Shown: positions 33,401 through 48,239, numbered from the stretch's first letter. The stretch: DNA of 64,000 bases from Podarcis gaigeae (GCA_964106915.2 OZ066927.1); one strand, 5' to 3'. Numbers and translations are program-made. The notes: generated by a model not told the origin, from the letters alone.

Positions 33401-36400
33401 TACAGAGATCTCCCCTTCCTTCCCATTGGCCAGAATGATGCCCGTCTTGGCCTTGCTGTTCCCAGCCCACTTCTGCATGAGGAACTGCATCTCCTTGCTC
33501 TCCTTGACTGGGTTCAAGACATACATGTCCAATTTACCAACACCCATTTTGTGGAACAAGGTGATGGGCTCAATTGTGTTGCTGACCACCCTGTACAGGG
33601 GCTCTGGCTTCACGCCCAGCCTGTTGAGGTACTGCAGGGTCAGGCTAGCCTCCTCAATGCTTCTCTTGGCCTTCATGGAAGACTCGGGCATTTTGAGCTT
33701 CTCAGGGACATTGAAGAAAACCACCCCAAGCTCAGGGGAGATGAGATTCTTCATCCAGTCACTGTAGTTGGTGGAGCCCTGAGACTGCTCCTCATCCTGC
33801 TCAGCGATCTTCCTCTGCAAGAGACCATTGATGCCAGGGAGGTTATCGGCCCCAATGTGGGTCAGGAGAACAGAGTCAATTCTGTCCAGGTGCCGCACCA
33901 GCTTCCAGAAACAGGACTTCCTCTCTGAACCGCCATCCACCAGGATGTTGAACCCATTGACAGCAAAGAGCGCTGAATCCCCTCTCCCTCCAGGGAAGAT
34001 GTAGCAGCAGGGCTTGGACAGCTTGAGGAAGCCCCCTGAGGTTGGGGGTTCCAAGAGGTCAAAGGGAGATGGGACATCCACTGTCTCAGAGACATACTCG
34101 GCAAACTCAGAGACCCCATCCATCTCTGGCAGAATTGGGTCAGGGTTCAGTCTCAGACTGAGAAGGTCTTGGAATCGGGGGTGTCCTAGGTTGCTCCAAT
34201 CTCCCTCTCCTAAGCACGACACAGTCAGGGAGGCCTTGGAAGCTGGATCTGTGTTGCTGAGAAGCTGGGCAACCTACAAGAGTCAGAAGCAGGCAATAGT
34301 CAGAAGCACCACAAAAGGTCCTTGACAAAAAACCCCCAAAATGTCTTGTTTAGTCAAATCCATGCAAGCTCAACTTTTAACTAGAACTGGAAACCTACCA
34401 GTCAACCTATGTAACTCACTATTGTTCTTGGGTGGCCAGAGGTGTCCACCAGATGTATCAATAATAGCATCCTGGAAATATGTTACTCTGTGTATGTGTG
34501 TGTGTTGGAGACTAATAATCTGAAAGGGGCCTCTGCAGGAAATTGAGTGTTTCCCAAGCCTACAATAAGCCAGGAGTTGGAATGCATGGTGAATAAAGTT
34601 CTGGTAACACATCCTGAATGCCTGGGAAGATTTGTAACATGTACAACAGTAGTAGCAGCAATCCTCATTTAAGGTGGTCCCAAACTCAGTACCCCATGAC
34701 ACTGCGGGGTGTTAATTTTAGGCAAAAGATTTTCCGAGACAAGCTGTGAAATAAGACTTAAGCTAGGACTAAAAAGAAGACAACAGCATGAGGATGGCCT
34801 CCAAAGCCACCTATGTCAGCCAGATTCCTACACATACAAATCCCAGGTTCCCCACCCACCCAATTTACCTCTGGATCTGCAAGGATCTCAGCAAATTTCT
34901 GATAGGTGAAGGTCCCAGCCTGCAGGATCAAATCTCCTTCTTGGTCTGTGCTCTGTCCACAGAGCACTAGCAGCTTGTAGGCAGAAGGGTCACATATCAA
35001 GGAATGAACCTGTTTGCAGCAGGAGAGACAGTTTCAGCTCCTGAGTTTTGGACTTGCAGAAATGCTGCCCTCACTCGGTCGTGTCTGATGAATGAGCTTG
35101 GGGAGGCAGCCCCATTGAGAGGCAGCTTTGCATCTTGCCTAAACATGCTTGAGTCTGGGCTCTAGACACAGCCCCATAATATCCCAGCCCTGCCTCAGGC
35201 AAGGTCACAGGAGGGGTGGCAGGGAACCTAAATACCCCCCCACACCTGGTCAGGATGATCTGTGCAGTCAAATTTAGCTGCAGGCAGAGAGGAAAAGCAG
35301 GAAGGCAGCCAGGTCCCTAGAAGTGGGGGAGGGAACTGGGTGCAGTCCTGAGCACAGGGCTTTGCAGGAGGGTCTTTGTTTTAAGGCCTTTATCTACTCC
35401 CCTTCATAAATTTTTATCCTGATGGGGCAGGAGGATGGTTTCACAAGGGATTTGTAGCTGGTTTGCCCCCAGAGTCAAGAAGCAGGCAACTTTTGCACCA
35501 TGCCACTGTAGCAACTCTTAGAGGTGTAATCCCATTGGTTACATTGACCCCAGGTAGGCAGGAACCCCAGAGCTTTACCTCTGACACAGTGCTCTGTTCA
35601 TCAGGGTTTACTAGGATGACTGTGTCCAGGTCCTCGCTCTGGTGGTGGAGGGTCCTCTGACCTAGGGAGACAGTAGAAAAGGCTATGTTCAAAACAAGTG
35701 CTCATAGTCAGAGCCCAAGGGCAAAACAACTGCCTTCAGAACCAGGCCATTGTGGCTATCCAGGAGAAGCTGGAAGGGCTGGCAGTTTCCAAGCTGGCTT
35801 CAGCTTTCCCTGCTCTGTTCCTGAGGAAAGTGACCTTCAGTAGAGCAGCCCAGACCAGCTACCTTTGAACTCCCACCCCAGGGAAGCTGCAGGAAGATTC
35901 CTTGGTGAGTGGCTTCAAACAACAAATGAGAACCAAACTAGACCAATACATTTTGGCACAGGAAGTATTGCTCTGCACAGTTTATGCTAGCCATTTGGGG
36001 GGCTGACTTCAGCTTTCATTGGGACAGAAAGTGATTTTGCTTTAGGGCTGAAAGGCTGCTCTGGAGTCCTGCAAATTTGAGATGTGTGCTGATGAGGAAG
36101 CTTCATCCAGCACTGCTGGATATGCAGATGTGTTTGGATGTTCAATGAGCAAGACATAAACATGCCCATAGCATGGATCTTGCAAATGCTCTAGCTTCGG
36201 GCAGCCCCTCCCCGCTCCTCAGAATTGTGCAGGCAGTTGTGAGTTTGGGAAATGAGCAGTGTGTGTGTGTGTGGTGAGGGTTCCTCATGAGCCTGCAGTG
36301 ATCCTTGCAAAAGAGATGAGCTGCCCAACCCAATACTTTCCCTGGGAGTCTGGGCTCCTGCTGCTGAGTTGTAAAACACTCCATGGGTTGAGCTCTGTGG

Positions 36401-39400
36401 CCAATTTAAAATGCATCCATTAAAAAAAAGAAAAAAGACAGACACATAGTGTGTGTGTGTGCGCGCCCGCGCCCAGGATTTTGCACTACAGCAGCTGTTC
36501 CTGCTTGGCATCCATCGTACAGCAGCTGCTCTGGGCTCCAAGGACTGAGCTGAAGCCATGAGCTGCTCAATTCCCCTCCCCTCCCCGGCCCTTCCAGCTC
36601 TCCGTATTTCTCTATAGATGAAGATGGACAGAGGATTTTGAAAGGAGGGAGGGTGTTCTGGAAATGCTTAAAAGGAGGGAGGGTGTTCATAAAACAATTT
36701 TATGACAAAAATCAAGCACACCTTTCGTTCTCTAGGGTCAAGCTCTGGAAAAAATGAGTCATGCTCATTGGAAGCATGAGGCTGCTTTGCCCAGGACTGT
36801 GTGACTAGCAACCCAGGTACTCATTAAGAAGTGAATAGATATAAAAACAAACACATTCCTCTGAGTCACTAAACAAGGAGGTTGAGCCAGGCCAAAGCTG
36901 AGGACCACTTCTCTCCAAAGGCCTCTGCTTAGGAAACCATCTCCTTCTCTCCCTCTGCTGCATCCCCTTCCTCTTTCCTCTTCGGAATGCCCCCTTACTT
37001 GCCTTGCAAAGAGGATGCAAAACCTCTTGTCAATATACATTTGCTGAGCAACGGTTCCCCCCACCCCCACTTAACTTTCTTCTGTTCCCAATCTCAAGGG
37101 ACCCAGAAAGCGGTGGGAGGGGTGTGGGTGTCTTGCCACTGAACCTGCAGCATTTCATGGATTGCAGGCACTGCAGAGGAGGATGCTCACCACACTGCCA
37201 CTGGTCCTCTCCCACTGAAGCCCAGCAGGGAGCGTTTCTGGTTGGCCTTGGCCTCTGTGCCTGGTCACCTGCACCAGCTTCAGACTAAGCCTTCAAGGAC
37301 AAAGCTGGCCACCAGAGAGCACCCTGCCTGCCTCCAACCCTCTGTGGGCCTGCCCAGCTGCTGGCTGCTGCTGCAGCAATTCATGTCAGTAATCTCTCCC
37401 AGGAAAACAAAGCTTGGCTGCTTAGTATTCTGCTTGCATCAGAGGATTTCCTCTGCTCACAGTTGATATTGCAAGAAGTGGGCAGGGGAAGGAGGCAGGC
37501 CAGGCAGGGGCGTGGAGAAGCCACTGGGTCAAGGAAAGGACAGGTGTCCAGGAGATGGCAGCCTCTTGTTTGCTGGCCTTCCCATCCACCCCATCTCCCC
37601 TCCCCAGCAATTCCAGAGGCCTCTGCAGAACTCCTGGCTGCTTTCATCATCTCCTGGTACCTGCAGCTTGCAGCCCATCTCTCCATCTGACAAATGCAAA
37701 TGAGTTGGCCTGCTTACAAATGTGGACCAAACTAGGTTCTCCAATGCCCCAGTAGGCAGAGGAAGCTGTAAATGCCTCACAACCTGGTTTCAAGGCTGTC
37801 TGTGTAAAGCTCCCCTGCAACACCTTTCAGGCCAAAGCTCTTCCAGGCAGCTTGCAAAAGATCTTTAAACCATAAAACAGTTTTTAAAATATAAAGGAAA
37901 GAATCCAGTTACAAAAACTAAAAACAGCAGCAGGGTAAAACCCACCTCACCACACTTCTAACAGAATGCAATCTGAAACAAGTAAGTTTTAAAGTCTCAT
38001 TTTAAAATGAACAAAGATGTGGCCATGCAGACTTCTTTTGAGCAAGAATTCCAAAGATCCGGAGCCACTCCTAAAAAGGCCTCTTCTCTAATGCCTATTA
38101 GCCTGCTGTATCTGGCCACGAGCCTGCAAGGAAGGCTTCTGGGGCCCAGGCAGCTTCATATGCAGGTGGTCCATCAAATAAAACCAACATTCAAACCATT
38201 TAGGGATGGAAAGGTCCAGATTAGCATTTTAAATTGAGCCCAGATACAAATCAGAGCTAAAGGCATCTGGTATGTAGTAGTGGTGACTTATTTATTTATA
38301 TTTTAAAAAAAGTAATTCTAAACTACTTAATATTTCAAAAATCTCTAAATAATGTTCGTTATATACAATATAAAAACTAAAATACAGCCAATAAGACAAT
38401 CTAAACACCTATAAAAGTAAATCAAGCAGAAATTTAGGGGGTTCATACCCATAAAACAGGGTCCAACCCTATTGAGCAGGGAAAGCCTAGGCTTCTTCTA
38501 TGCTTTTTTATGCTCTCCTCCACATGTATTCCGTTTCACGTGAAGTCTCTATAGGCAGCCCCACATGGAGTGCATTACAGCAGACTAGTCATCTACTATA
38601 ACATATTCTGCACTGGGGTCCCTTGGAAGAGTTTGATCAACTGATCTAAAGAAATGTAAGGGAACTGGAAATCTGACATCTCCTCAATACCCTGCCTGGC
38701 CCTTGAGACATGGTGCACCAGATCAAGACGTTAGATGGCGCTAGAGCTCTGGACTAAGCTATGCATACTGTGGCTGGGAGTTCTTTGCATCCTCCTTGCC
38801 CATAGTTAAATTTATTGCAAGAAAACCCCAGCCCCACCTCTACTTCTGCCTTCAAACACCCATGCAAATGGGGGAGGGTTCCACTCTTGCCCTTTGGAGA
38901 GGGGGCAGACTAGAAGCTGGGCAAGGAGAAAACCCTTGGCCCTGCAAGTGGGCAGGAACTCCTCTCCTTGTGGCTGACAATGTGTGCCAGGCCAATGGCT
39001 CCAGCAGGGCCAGACAAAGCACAAAGCCATCATCTGTTCTGGATTCCTGCATACCATTCTGATGGCTGCTGGGATTTGGCTCTGTGGCCGACCATGTGAA
39101 AAAAAAGAGAGAGTTTGACCCTGGAGGGGGGCAGTTTTGCCATCATCCATTCACTTCTTGGCACTGCCCAGAAACCTGTGGGGCTCAACTGATGAGCCCC
39201 CCCTCTTTTTCCAGGAAGATGTCCACTCCTTTTCTGATTCTGCTAGTGGTGGCCTGCTTTTGCAGCACTTCACAGCAACTAGACCTACCTGTAGGAGGAA
39301 TCTCTGTGATGGGTGCAGTGATGTCAGCTTTGCAAGGCGGATGGGTGGCACCCACACAGAGGAGGGAGCGCAGACGCAAGGTGGGTGACCTAGTGAGCCT

Positions 39401-40250
39401 TCAGGTAATGTTTTTGTAGATGGAGCCACTCAACTCCTGCAGTCCTCATCTGACTCATCTCCTTGCATTTGAACAATTCTCATCCTAAAGGAGGGGCTGC
39501 ACCTGGACTAGATTTTTTTTAACTTGTTCATTAATAATCTGCTCAGAGCAAGCTTTGGGGATTTGATGCTACTGAGATGTGGGTGACCCCCAACTCTATA
39601 TTTCCTTCCCATCTAAATCCATTCTCTCCCCCCCCCAACTCCTACATTAGCATTTGCAGTTAGCATTGGATCAGAAAAGGGCTAACAAAATGATGCTTAA
39701 TCCCAACAAGACAGATGTTTTCCTAGTCACAGAATGGCAGCTCAGGGAATGGGGATTCAGTCTGCCTTGGCTGAAGCTGCATCCCCCTTGAAAGTTCAGG
39801 TTTGCAGCTTGGAATGCTCCTGGATCCAGCCTTGGACACAGATGTCCAGGTCCTGGCAATGTCCAGGATCAGCTTTGCTCAGGTGAGATCAGTGGGCCAA
39901 TTGCATATGGTGAATTCCTTTTGATGGATCTTTAGGAAAGTGTAGGGGGGAGAATCTCCCTATATTGTAATGACTTGGTGCAACCACACTTGGAATATTG
40001 TGTACTGTTCTGGTTTATGTACCTCAAAAAGGCTATTGTAGAGCTGGAAAAGGTGCAGAAATGGGCAACCCAAACGAAGGAGGGAAGGGGTTGGCACAAC
40101 TCCCCTATACAGAAAGGTGACATAGTTTATGGGGTGTTCTGCCCAAGTGGTCCATTGAAATGAATAAACCTAAGGTAGTAATGTTTAATAATGTCAACCT
40201 TCTAAGTCTTTTTAGTTTAAGAAAAGGGTAAGCAGTGTGTGTGTTGGGGT

Positions 40251-40292
<42 letters not shown>

Positions 40293-43200
40293 TGTGCTAA
40301 ACAGATATAAAATCCAGCATGGTATGGCAAAATTAGATACAGAGAAGTTTTTCTCCCTTTCTCATGATAGTAGAAACCAGTGGGGTCATTCAATAAGGCT
40401 GAATGTTGGATGATTCAGGACAGACAAAAGGAAGGACTTTTCCCCAAAATATATAGTGGAGCCATGGAATTTGATGTCCCATGATGTTCACCAATGTAGA
40501 TGGCACTGAAGGAGAATTATTAAACAAATCCATGAACGCTCTTTATGGCTACCAGTCAGGCTGGCTGTACACAAACCTTCATGATCAAAATATTTTGAAT
40601 ACCTGGGGCTGGACCTCTGAGAAACAAGATGCTGGCCTAGACATCTTATGTGCTTGTAACTCCATTTAAAGTTTTAAAATTTAAATTCTCCTCAGTTGGC
40701 TGCAAAATACAAAACTATTTTTTGGCTTTAGGAACAAAACCCAGTTCTAGTACTTTATCATATACTTAGGGAAAGTCTCCCTTTCTTTTTTTTCCGCGCA
40801 GTCTTTCAAGGTAGCTATGAGCATTTTAAGAGGGTATGGTACATCTTCTTGGAGGGCATTTGGAGGAGAGGCCCGATTGCTGCTATTAAATGTTGCTTAG
40901 TGATTTGTTGTTCTTTTAATGGACTGTGTTTTTTATGGATTCTTATTTACTTGTTCTATTGGGAATTACTCTGTAGTTTAGGGAAATAATACAAAGTTTT
41001 TAAAAATACCATGAAGAAAGCAGCCTTAAAATGATCAAGTACAGGAAATGAGTCTCTCCTCCAGAACTCCATGAGGTGTGCCTTTGGGAATGCAAAATTA
41101 TTTGCATCTGGAGTGCAAAATCCACTCCAAAATTTGCATAGCAGGTTGGCCTCCTACACTGGGTCTACTCTGGCTACTTTGGAACCGCAGTGGAAGCAGT
41201 TGCCTTATACAGAACCAGACCAATGGGGTCCATCAAACTCAGTTTTTTATACACTGACTGGTAGCAATGAGACTCCAGGATGTCAGGGGACATTCCCAGG
41301 TCTACCTGGAGATGTCATCAAGGACTAAGCCTGGGACCTTTTGCAGACAAAGGAGGTGATCTAAGGACTGAGACACTACTACCCTTCACCTTTCAGAGCT
41401 GGAGAAGCAGGGAAGCGATTCTGGATGCAAACTCTGGCTGTATCCTTCTGCATAACTAACCTAGTCCTTACCCTCAGAGGTAATTTTACTGTACCTTGGC
41501 CTTTATGTCTGAAGGAAGATTAAGTATTCAGTCCTACACACACTTACCTGGAAGTAAGTTCCAGATAACTCAATGTGGCTTACTTCTGAGTAGCTACGCC
41601 TAGGGTTGCAACCAGGCCTCCCGGCTCCCTGTAATGCCCTGCAACCTTTGGCAATCAAATTGATTTTCTTCTCTAGTGTTGAAGCGTTTGCAATGGATGG
41701 CCACGGGATGCCACTGGAAGCTTCTGCATGAGGAAGCAGCATCCCCACCCCAAGATTTGGCTTCCATTCCATTGTGCCTGATAAAGAGGGTTGTATGACT
41801 CAAAAGCCTGTATCTCCTCCATACCAGCCAGCTGATCCAATAAAGATAATGCCTTGCTTAGGGCACAATCCAGTCAAAGCTAAGCACCTTTAAGCCCCAC
41901 TGATTTGTTCTTCGACAGATGTTCCAGTAGCTTCAGATAGTGACTTTCACAGATTGTCCACATGCAGGAAGAAAAGCCTTCCATCAGCAGGGCCTCCTTT
42001 CTTTGGCTCAGCCAGGATGGTCCAGGCCAGACAAAAGGAAGGACTCCTTCACACAGCAGCACAGAGTTAAACCCTGAAATTCACTCCTAGGGGAGGCAGT
42101 GATGGTGGCCACAAATGGGGAAAACTTGAAAAGAGGAGTGGACAACTTCATGGAGGGGGATAAGGTTACCAATTAGTGCAAGCAAAATGGCTGTGTTCCC
42201 CCTCCAGGGTCAGGATGCTGAGGAAATGTGGAGCAGCACTGTGCTCTTGTCCTGCTTTTGAGCTTCCTCTTGGGGCATCTGCTTGGCCACTGTGAGAACA
42301 GAGACCAGTACCAGCTGAGCCCCCTTAGGCCTGATCTTGCAGCTGCAGGGCTCCTCTAAAGTGCTTAGGACCCTTGATGTGGGAAGGGGCTTCCAAGAGG
42401 CAGTGGGACTGGGGTGGGTCAGAGAGAGAGAGAGAGCTTGACCTGACTGGCAGACAAGATGATGAACCCTGCTGCTGGCATCCTCACTGGCACCAGAGGG
42501 TGGGGCACCCATGTTGGAAGAAGAGGGGGAACTCCACGGGACTAAGCTGAGACATCTAAGCAACAACGCGGGGAACGACGGGGGCTGGGCAAGCAGGCCA
42601 GAAGAAAGCATGTGCGGGGGGGGGGGCAGCCCATCCCCTCGGGCAGTGCTCCTTTCCAATCCATCGAGGGCATCTCCGGCAGCGTTCAAGAGCTCTTGGA
42701 GAACATCCCCCCTCCCGCACCGCTTCTGGAAGCATCGGTGTCTGAGAAGGCGGGGGCTGGTCCCGGAGGAGGCGTGCTCCCAAGGGGTCCGGCAGGCCGG
42801 AGGCCGCCAAGCTGACTCCCTGCGCCCCCACCCCACGCGGCACTTGGAGCAGGCGGGCGCCAGCTGCAAAATTTGCCGCAGTGTGCGCGCCTCGCGTGCG
42901 CGCTCAAGAGCCTCCGCCACCGCGTCCCCCCTCCCCGGCAAAGGCGAAAGGGGGCGCTGGCCGGACCCTTTCGCGGAGGCCTTGGTGGGCAGGCTAGCCA
43001 GCCAGCCTGCGAGCTGCCCCCTCCGGAGCAAAAGTACCAGCGCCTCCGCCTTCCAGTCCCAGGAGGGCTAGCTGGCTCATCTGCCCAAGACCAGTCCCCC
43101 CCCCCCCGGGCAGGGATACCCCTCGGGGCACGTCCCCGCGGGGGGAAGCAATGAAGCCGGGGTGGGGGGGAGCGGGCAGCAGCTGCGGACGAGGATGCTG

Positions 43201-46200
43201 CTGCGCCCCCTCCCTCCTCTCCTCCCTCCGCTCCCTTCCGGAGGTCGGGCATGCGGGGAGCAGCCCCCCTTCCGTCCCCCGACGGGCCTCCTCTCGGCCC
43301 GTGCGATGCGCGGAGGGCTCTGGCCACCCTCGTCCTCCCAGGATTCCACCCCTCTGGCCGGCTGGCCGGCCGCGGCCGGTCCCATCCCCGCTCCCCCCAC
43401 CCCATGCACGTACCCGGTGAGGTGGCGACGCGTCCCTCCGCCCTCGGCTGCCCTCCGCGACGATGCCGGCTGGGCCTGGGCTGCGCCAGGCAGCTGCTGT
43501 CAGTGCAAAGCGGCGGCGGCGGCGAAGAGGGGGGGAGGAGGAGGGGGCGGAGCTGCTCCCCCCCCGCCCCGGCAGCCTTAACCCCTCGTGAGCCGCGGCA
43601 AGGCCCAAGGCCTCCGAACTGCCCAAGCGCACGACTGAGCAGAAAAGGGGCAAGAGAGGGCTGGAAGTGGGGGGCGTTGCACGGCTCTTCCCCAGGACGG
43701 GAGCTCGCTCAGGTTGTGGATGCAAAAGGAGCCACTCCACTTCCCTCCTGCAAGACCTGGGGAAGGGGAGCCCGCAAGTGCTGTTCTAGAGGATGCATCA
43801 AGTCGTCTCCAAATTAAGTCCCGTTGTTTCCAATGGGGCTTCCTCCCAAGTCACCGAAACGGGCTGCTGTGAAAATGGAAGAGAAGCCAGATTCCCTGGG
43901 AAATGTGGGGAGCTGTTTCCACACAAGAAAATGGTGCCCATCTGCAGAGAGAATTATTTTTTTGCGGGGAGCAGGATTTGGCATGCCTGAGCTGAGCCCC
44001 CATTTGGATGTGCTTTAGCATACATCCAGTGTCACCATTTGGTGCCCAAAGGGAACCACAACAGGAGGCATCCTCCCATCATTAAACCATGCTTGGTCAT
44101 CATCTTGGGCCTGGAAATGAACATACAGATCCCATATTAAGAGAACCGAAATGAATTACAGGTCCTCTTAACCCCAGTTGCTGCCCGGAGGGTCTGCTAA
44201 GCTCTGCCAGGCTGGTCATAAATAAAAAGACAAGAGAGATGGGAGGAGTTTGGGGGCTTGAAGCAAGAAGTTCCACTTCCGTGGCTAGGAAGCCACTCTG
44301 GCCTGGGAGTGCTGTTCATGGCTGTTGGAAGGATTTGCTGGCCTGGAGGGAAGCGGAGGGGTTGCCACATTCAGAGCAATTGGCAACAGGAAGCCTTTCA
44401 ATTGGCCAGGCCTAGTATGTGCTTGGCCACTCCTGGTATAGCTTCTGCCTGTCAAGCCCAACTCAAACCTGGTCTAAATTAAGGTATCTAGGGAGATGTC
44501 CAACCTGGTCCAGGCAAGGGATGCATTTAGTGGACTAGTTCTGCTAAGGTTAACAAGAACAGGAAAGCAGTTAAAATGTTGCCGTTCTTACTGATTAATT
44601 AATTTACATGTAGCACCACCATTAATAAATCACCATTAAAAAACATTAATTCTTAATGCTGCCATTTCTGAGGTCTTATTCTTCTTTTGTGTAGAGGCTG
44701 GCCTGCTCATCTTACTCAAGATGTGGAAGATCAGATATTGTCCCAGAGTATCTCTAGCGGTGGCAAACACACTTCAGTTGTGCTTCTCTGTCCAGCACTG
44801 AGAAAGCTGAACAGGGAGACTGGGACATCATCTCCATCAGTATAATGCATTCCAGCGAATGCAGCAAAACTCCAGGAAATTAAGACATCTACAGAACAGG
44901 ATATCCAGCTGATTCCTGACAGATGACCAGCACATAAAAACTTGGTGCCTGTGAGGGTAGAGGTGCGATTTTCAGCTTGGGAAATACAATTGTGTCTTAG
45001 AAGGGCTTTGTATATAATGGAATTCCAGCCTCTTCATGCAAGAGAGTAATAGGGAAAATTTCATGCCTCACCTACAGGAGTTGACAGGTGCCTATAACTG
45101 ACTTGGAAGTGCATGTACTGAGCTGCAATGAGTACAAAATCCAGGGAGGTTCTATATGGAAGCAGCTTATCTCATAAGAAAGAACAATTGCAAAAAATAT
45201 TACTTCACCCCCAACTCCCCAATAAACATTGTATAGGTGTGTCATCCTCCTTCCCTCTCTTTGCAAAGATCAGGGGTGAGTACAGATCTGCATGAAGGCA
45301 AAACAGCACCATCCACTAGGGATGGGTGGGTATCATTATTTCAGTTTATCAGTTTTCCAGTCTTAAATTCAGATTTCCACAGATTAAATTCAGATTTCGG
45401 ATTGCTTCATATCCATTGAACCTGTGGTCACGGAACCTGTGGTCAGTTGGCAAATAAGGCATAAGGAGAGTAGGAGGTGGGCAGCTTGGCCTCTGTGCTG
45501 CTGTCTCCTCCTCCAGTCTCTCTTGATCCATTTCACTCCATTTTTTCCAGCAAAAGAGAGACACCCAGATACAGAAAGGAAAGAGATGACCATTGTGTTG
45601 ATAGGCTAAATTGCTCGAGGGATGAAAGTAAGAGTGACATATAGAAATTAATGGAGAAGTCCAATATTTTAATATAGATAGATTTGGGCAGCAGTGTGTC
45701 CCTCCACCCTCCAAAAAAATGTTAGAGCAGAAACTCTTTCCTTTATTGCAAATTCATTTCTTATTTAGTGTGAAAATTTTTAAATATCCCTGCTAATACA
45801 AACTCCAAAGCAAATACTGTTCATTAACCCCTTGGCAGGGGTTGTGGCTAGCAGGGAGTGGCAGCGCAGCTCACACTGAATCCTACGGTTTCCAAAAATA
45901 GGGGTCTAATACTTGTCCACAGCTGTTAGGCCCCTGTTGCAGGTTGGGTGGAAGCTGAGAGTGCAGCTTACACTTTTGCCATGATATCCATCATTTTATG
46001 CTTGCATTGCAGATTGAGCTGGGAAGCATTAAAACAAGGTGCAGCTCACTGTTATACCCCTATTGCTGACTGGAAGACTGTGGCAGGACAGAGTAGTGTA
46101 TGGCACACCTTCAATGCTCTTAATATTTCAGGTCACCAGCAGGGCTGAGACAGATTTGGATTCTAATATTTGTCAGGTTGCAGCAAATCTGTGATACACT

Positions 46201-48198
46201 CAGCTCTCCATCGTGGCCTAGCCAAGCACTCGGCTGCGTGTAGAAGATGTGGGACATTAGCAGCCAAACCTTAGAAATACATATTCTTGCTAGTTAGCAT
46301 GAGAAGGGGCTAACACCACAGAGCTGTATTGTTGACAGGCAGATGCTCAGACCATAGAAATACAATTGGTAGACATTTCCCCCTCCTCTGCTGTAGAAGG
46401 CGCATGTAGCATTTCCTGCTTCTTCCTCCCTCCCTTTCTTTCTTTGACAAGCGTTGGATACATACAAAGCTTTGGGCACATGGATGAGGCTGGTTATACT
46501 GTAGATATGAATACATGTTTTACCTGCATAGTTTTTGCTGCTGCCTTTACTGTGAACCAGTGGAAGGTTATAAAGTAAGTAAATCTTGTTTTAAACTTAC
46601 TTTACAAGTTGTTTCTTGATTCTTTGTTAAGTGGGGTAAGAAACAGAAAACCAGGTTATTTAATAGTTGAACTTGCTCAAAAGTAGGCTTTACTATGGAC
46701 TTTAAAAGTAGTCATTAAAGTAGACCCTCCTTCTATGGAGCTTTTAAAGCAGAGGTTGGATGACCATCTGTCATGGATGACCCTTGGGATTCCTTCCAAC
46801 TCTACAATTCTATGATTCTACAGCCTAATTCTTATGCTTTAAATTTTTGCTGCCAAGGATGGGATTCTAAAACTCTGTTCAACCTACACACGTGGGAGCC
46901 AGAAGGGATAAATTGCAGTTAATATATCCTCTCCTACCCATAAAACTCATCCTACTGAAGCCTCCTGTTCCATTGACTTGCATGGAGACTTTGAAATGTT
47001 AAAGAGGTGATGACACATGAGCTGAAATCTCCAGGGATCTTGCAGCCCAGAACCTGTTAGAAGCAAGATTGAGCTCTGTGTAGATCTAGCCATGAACCAA
47101 AGGCCAGGATACCATGGGTAATGAGCTGCACACAAACTCCTGACTCTCTTGCTATCCTTCCATGAAGGGAAAGCACCAGGAGACAGGCCTGTTTACATCT
47201 TTTCCTGCATCTCTTCTTGCATTCTTCAGGGTTGTCCCGCCTTGCTTTAAACAAGCTGCTTCCCCAATTCTTTCGTCAGCACTGACCATGGTTGCATGTA
47301 AAGAAGTGGATGTCAGTCACCAGAGCTTAGAAAAATAAATGAGACGTCAACAAAGAGTGTTGTGGCAGTGCACACTCTTGGAAGTGCAACACTCTTTGTT
47401 GACATCTCTTTCTTTCTTAGTTCAGTTTGCTCTTTGAGATGTAGTAACATCCTTCCATGAATTAACTCCTGTGGTTTTGAAGTCTCTTTTCCATGGCTAC
47501 CTCTTCTCAGGTTTCTCCTTCTGTTTGGAGACCTGATAGTTCTCTGTTCTCAGCCTCCTCCCTTTTGTTTCTTCTAGGCTGATGATATCTAAATTGATCT
47601 TTCCACCCTTCTCTCTTTATTCCTACAAGGCCAAGGGCCTTTTGGCACCATCCTGAAGGATGCCCAATTTCAGGCTGCATCTTGGGGCAGGGAGAGCACT
47701 GACCAGGGCAGCAGCTTCAGCTTTATTTAAAAAAAGAAAAAGGAAAAGGAAAAAAGAATAGTTGTAGGCAGTGCTATTTTTCTAGAAAAAGAGGTGCCGA
47801 AACTCACCAGGAACACCTCCCCTTGTTCTCTTATAATGGCAATGGGCCCACCTGAGAGGTGCCAGAACTGAACACTGGTTGTAGGAGATGTTGGCTCAGA
47901 AGAAGCTGCCAACACCCTGCTTCCGCCTCCTCAGGATGCCTACCATGACCCTGAACCCAAGCCGTTACCAGGAATCTTGAAGCAGAAGTGGAGAAGCTTG
48001 CTGCACCAGGCATAGCAGGAATACAAACAGAAAAGGGGCTAAACTTCAATTCCCAACAATGAGCCTTAGTCTGTATCTGACCGCCCTGTCACAGACAACT
48101 CCACAAAGATGGCACTTCCGGAGCCTGATTCCCACAAGGAACCCTTGACACCCCACCCCTACCCCACTCTTAAGCATGGGCGATACAGAAAGCGGGAG

Positions 48199-48239
<41 letters not shown>

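Noticed and set aside
25757-34222. ORF-track 2821-aa protein taken as the MAP1A product
   Set aside because: It starts at an internal GTG and runs past the donor at 25957; the real CDS is spliced at both ends.
25788-34325. Many long + strand ORFs (for example 32945-33928, 32547-33398, 31913-32761)
   Set aside because: Antisense shadows of the MAP1A giant exon produced by its codon bias; no independent splice or start signals.
42210-43817. Cluster of overlapping 180-270 aa ORFs
   Set aside because: Expected in a stop-poor CpG island; Pro/Arg/Gly-rich with no homology cues. The same applies at 57.1-58.6 kb and 62.4-63.7 kb outside the real exons.
44690-44990. Possible RTE/BovB LINE remnant
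   Set aside because: Too degenerate to support by eye.
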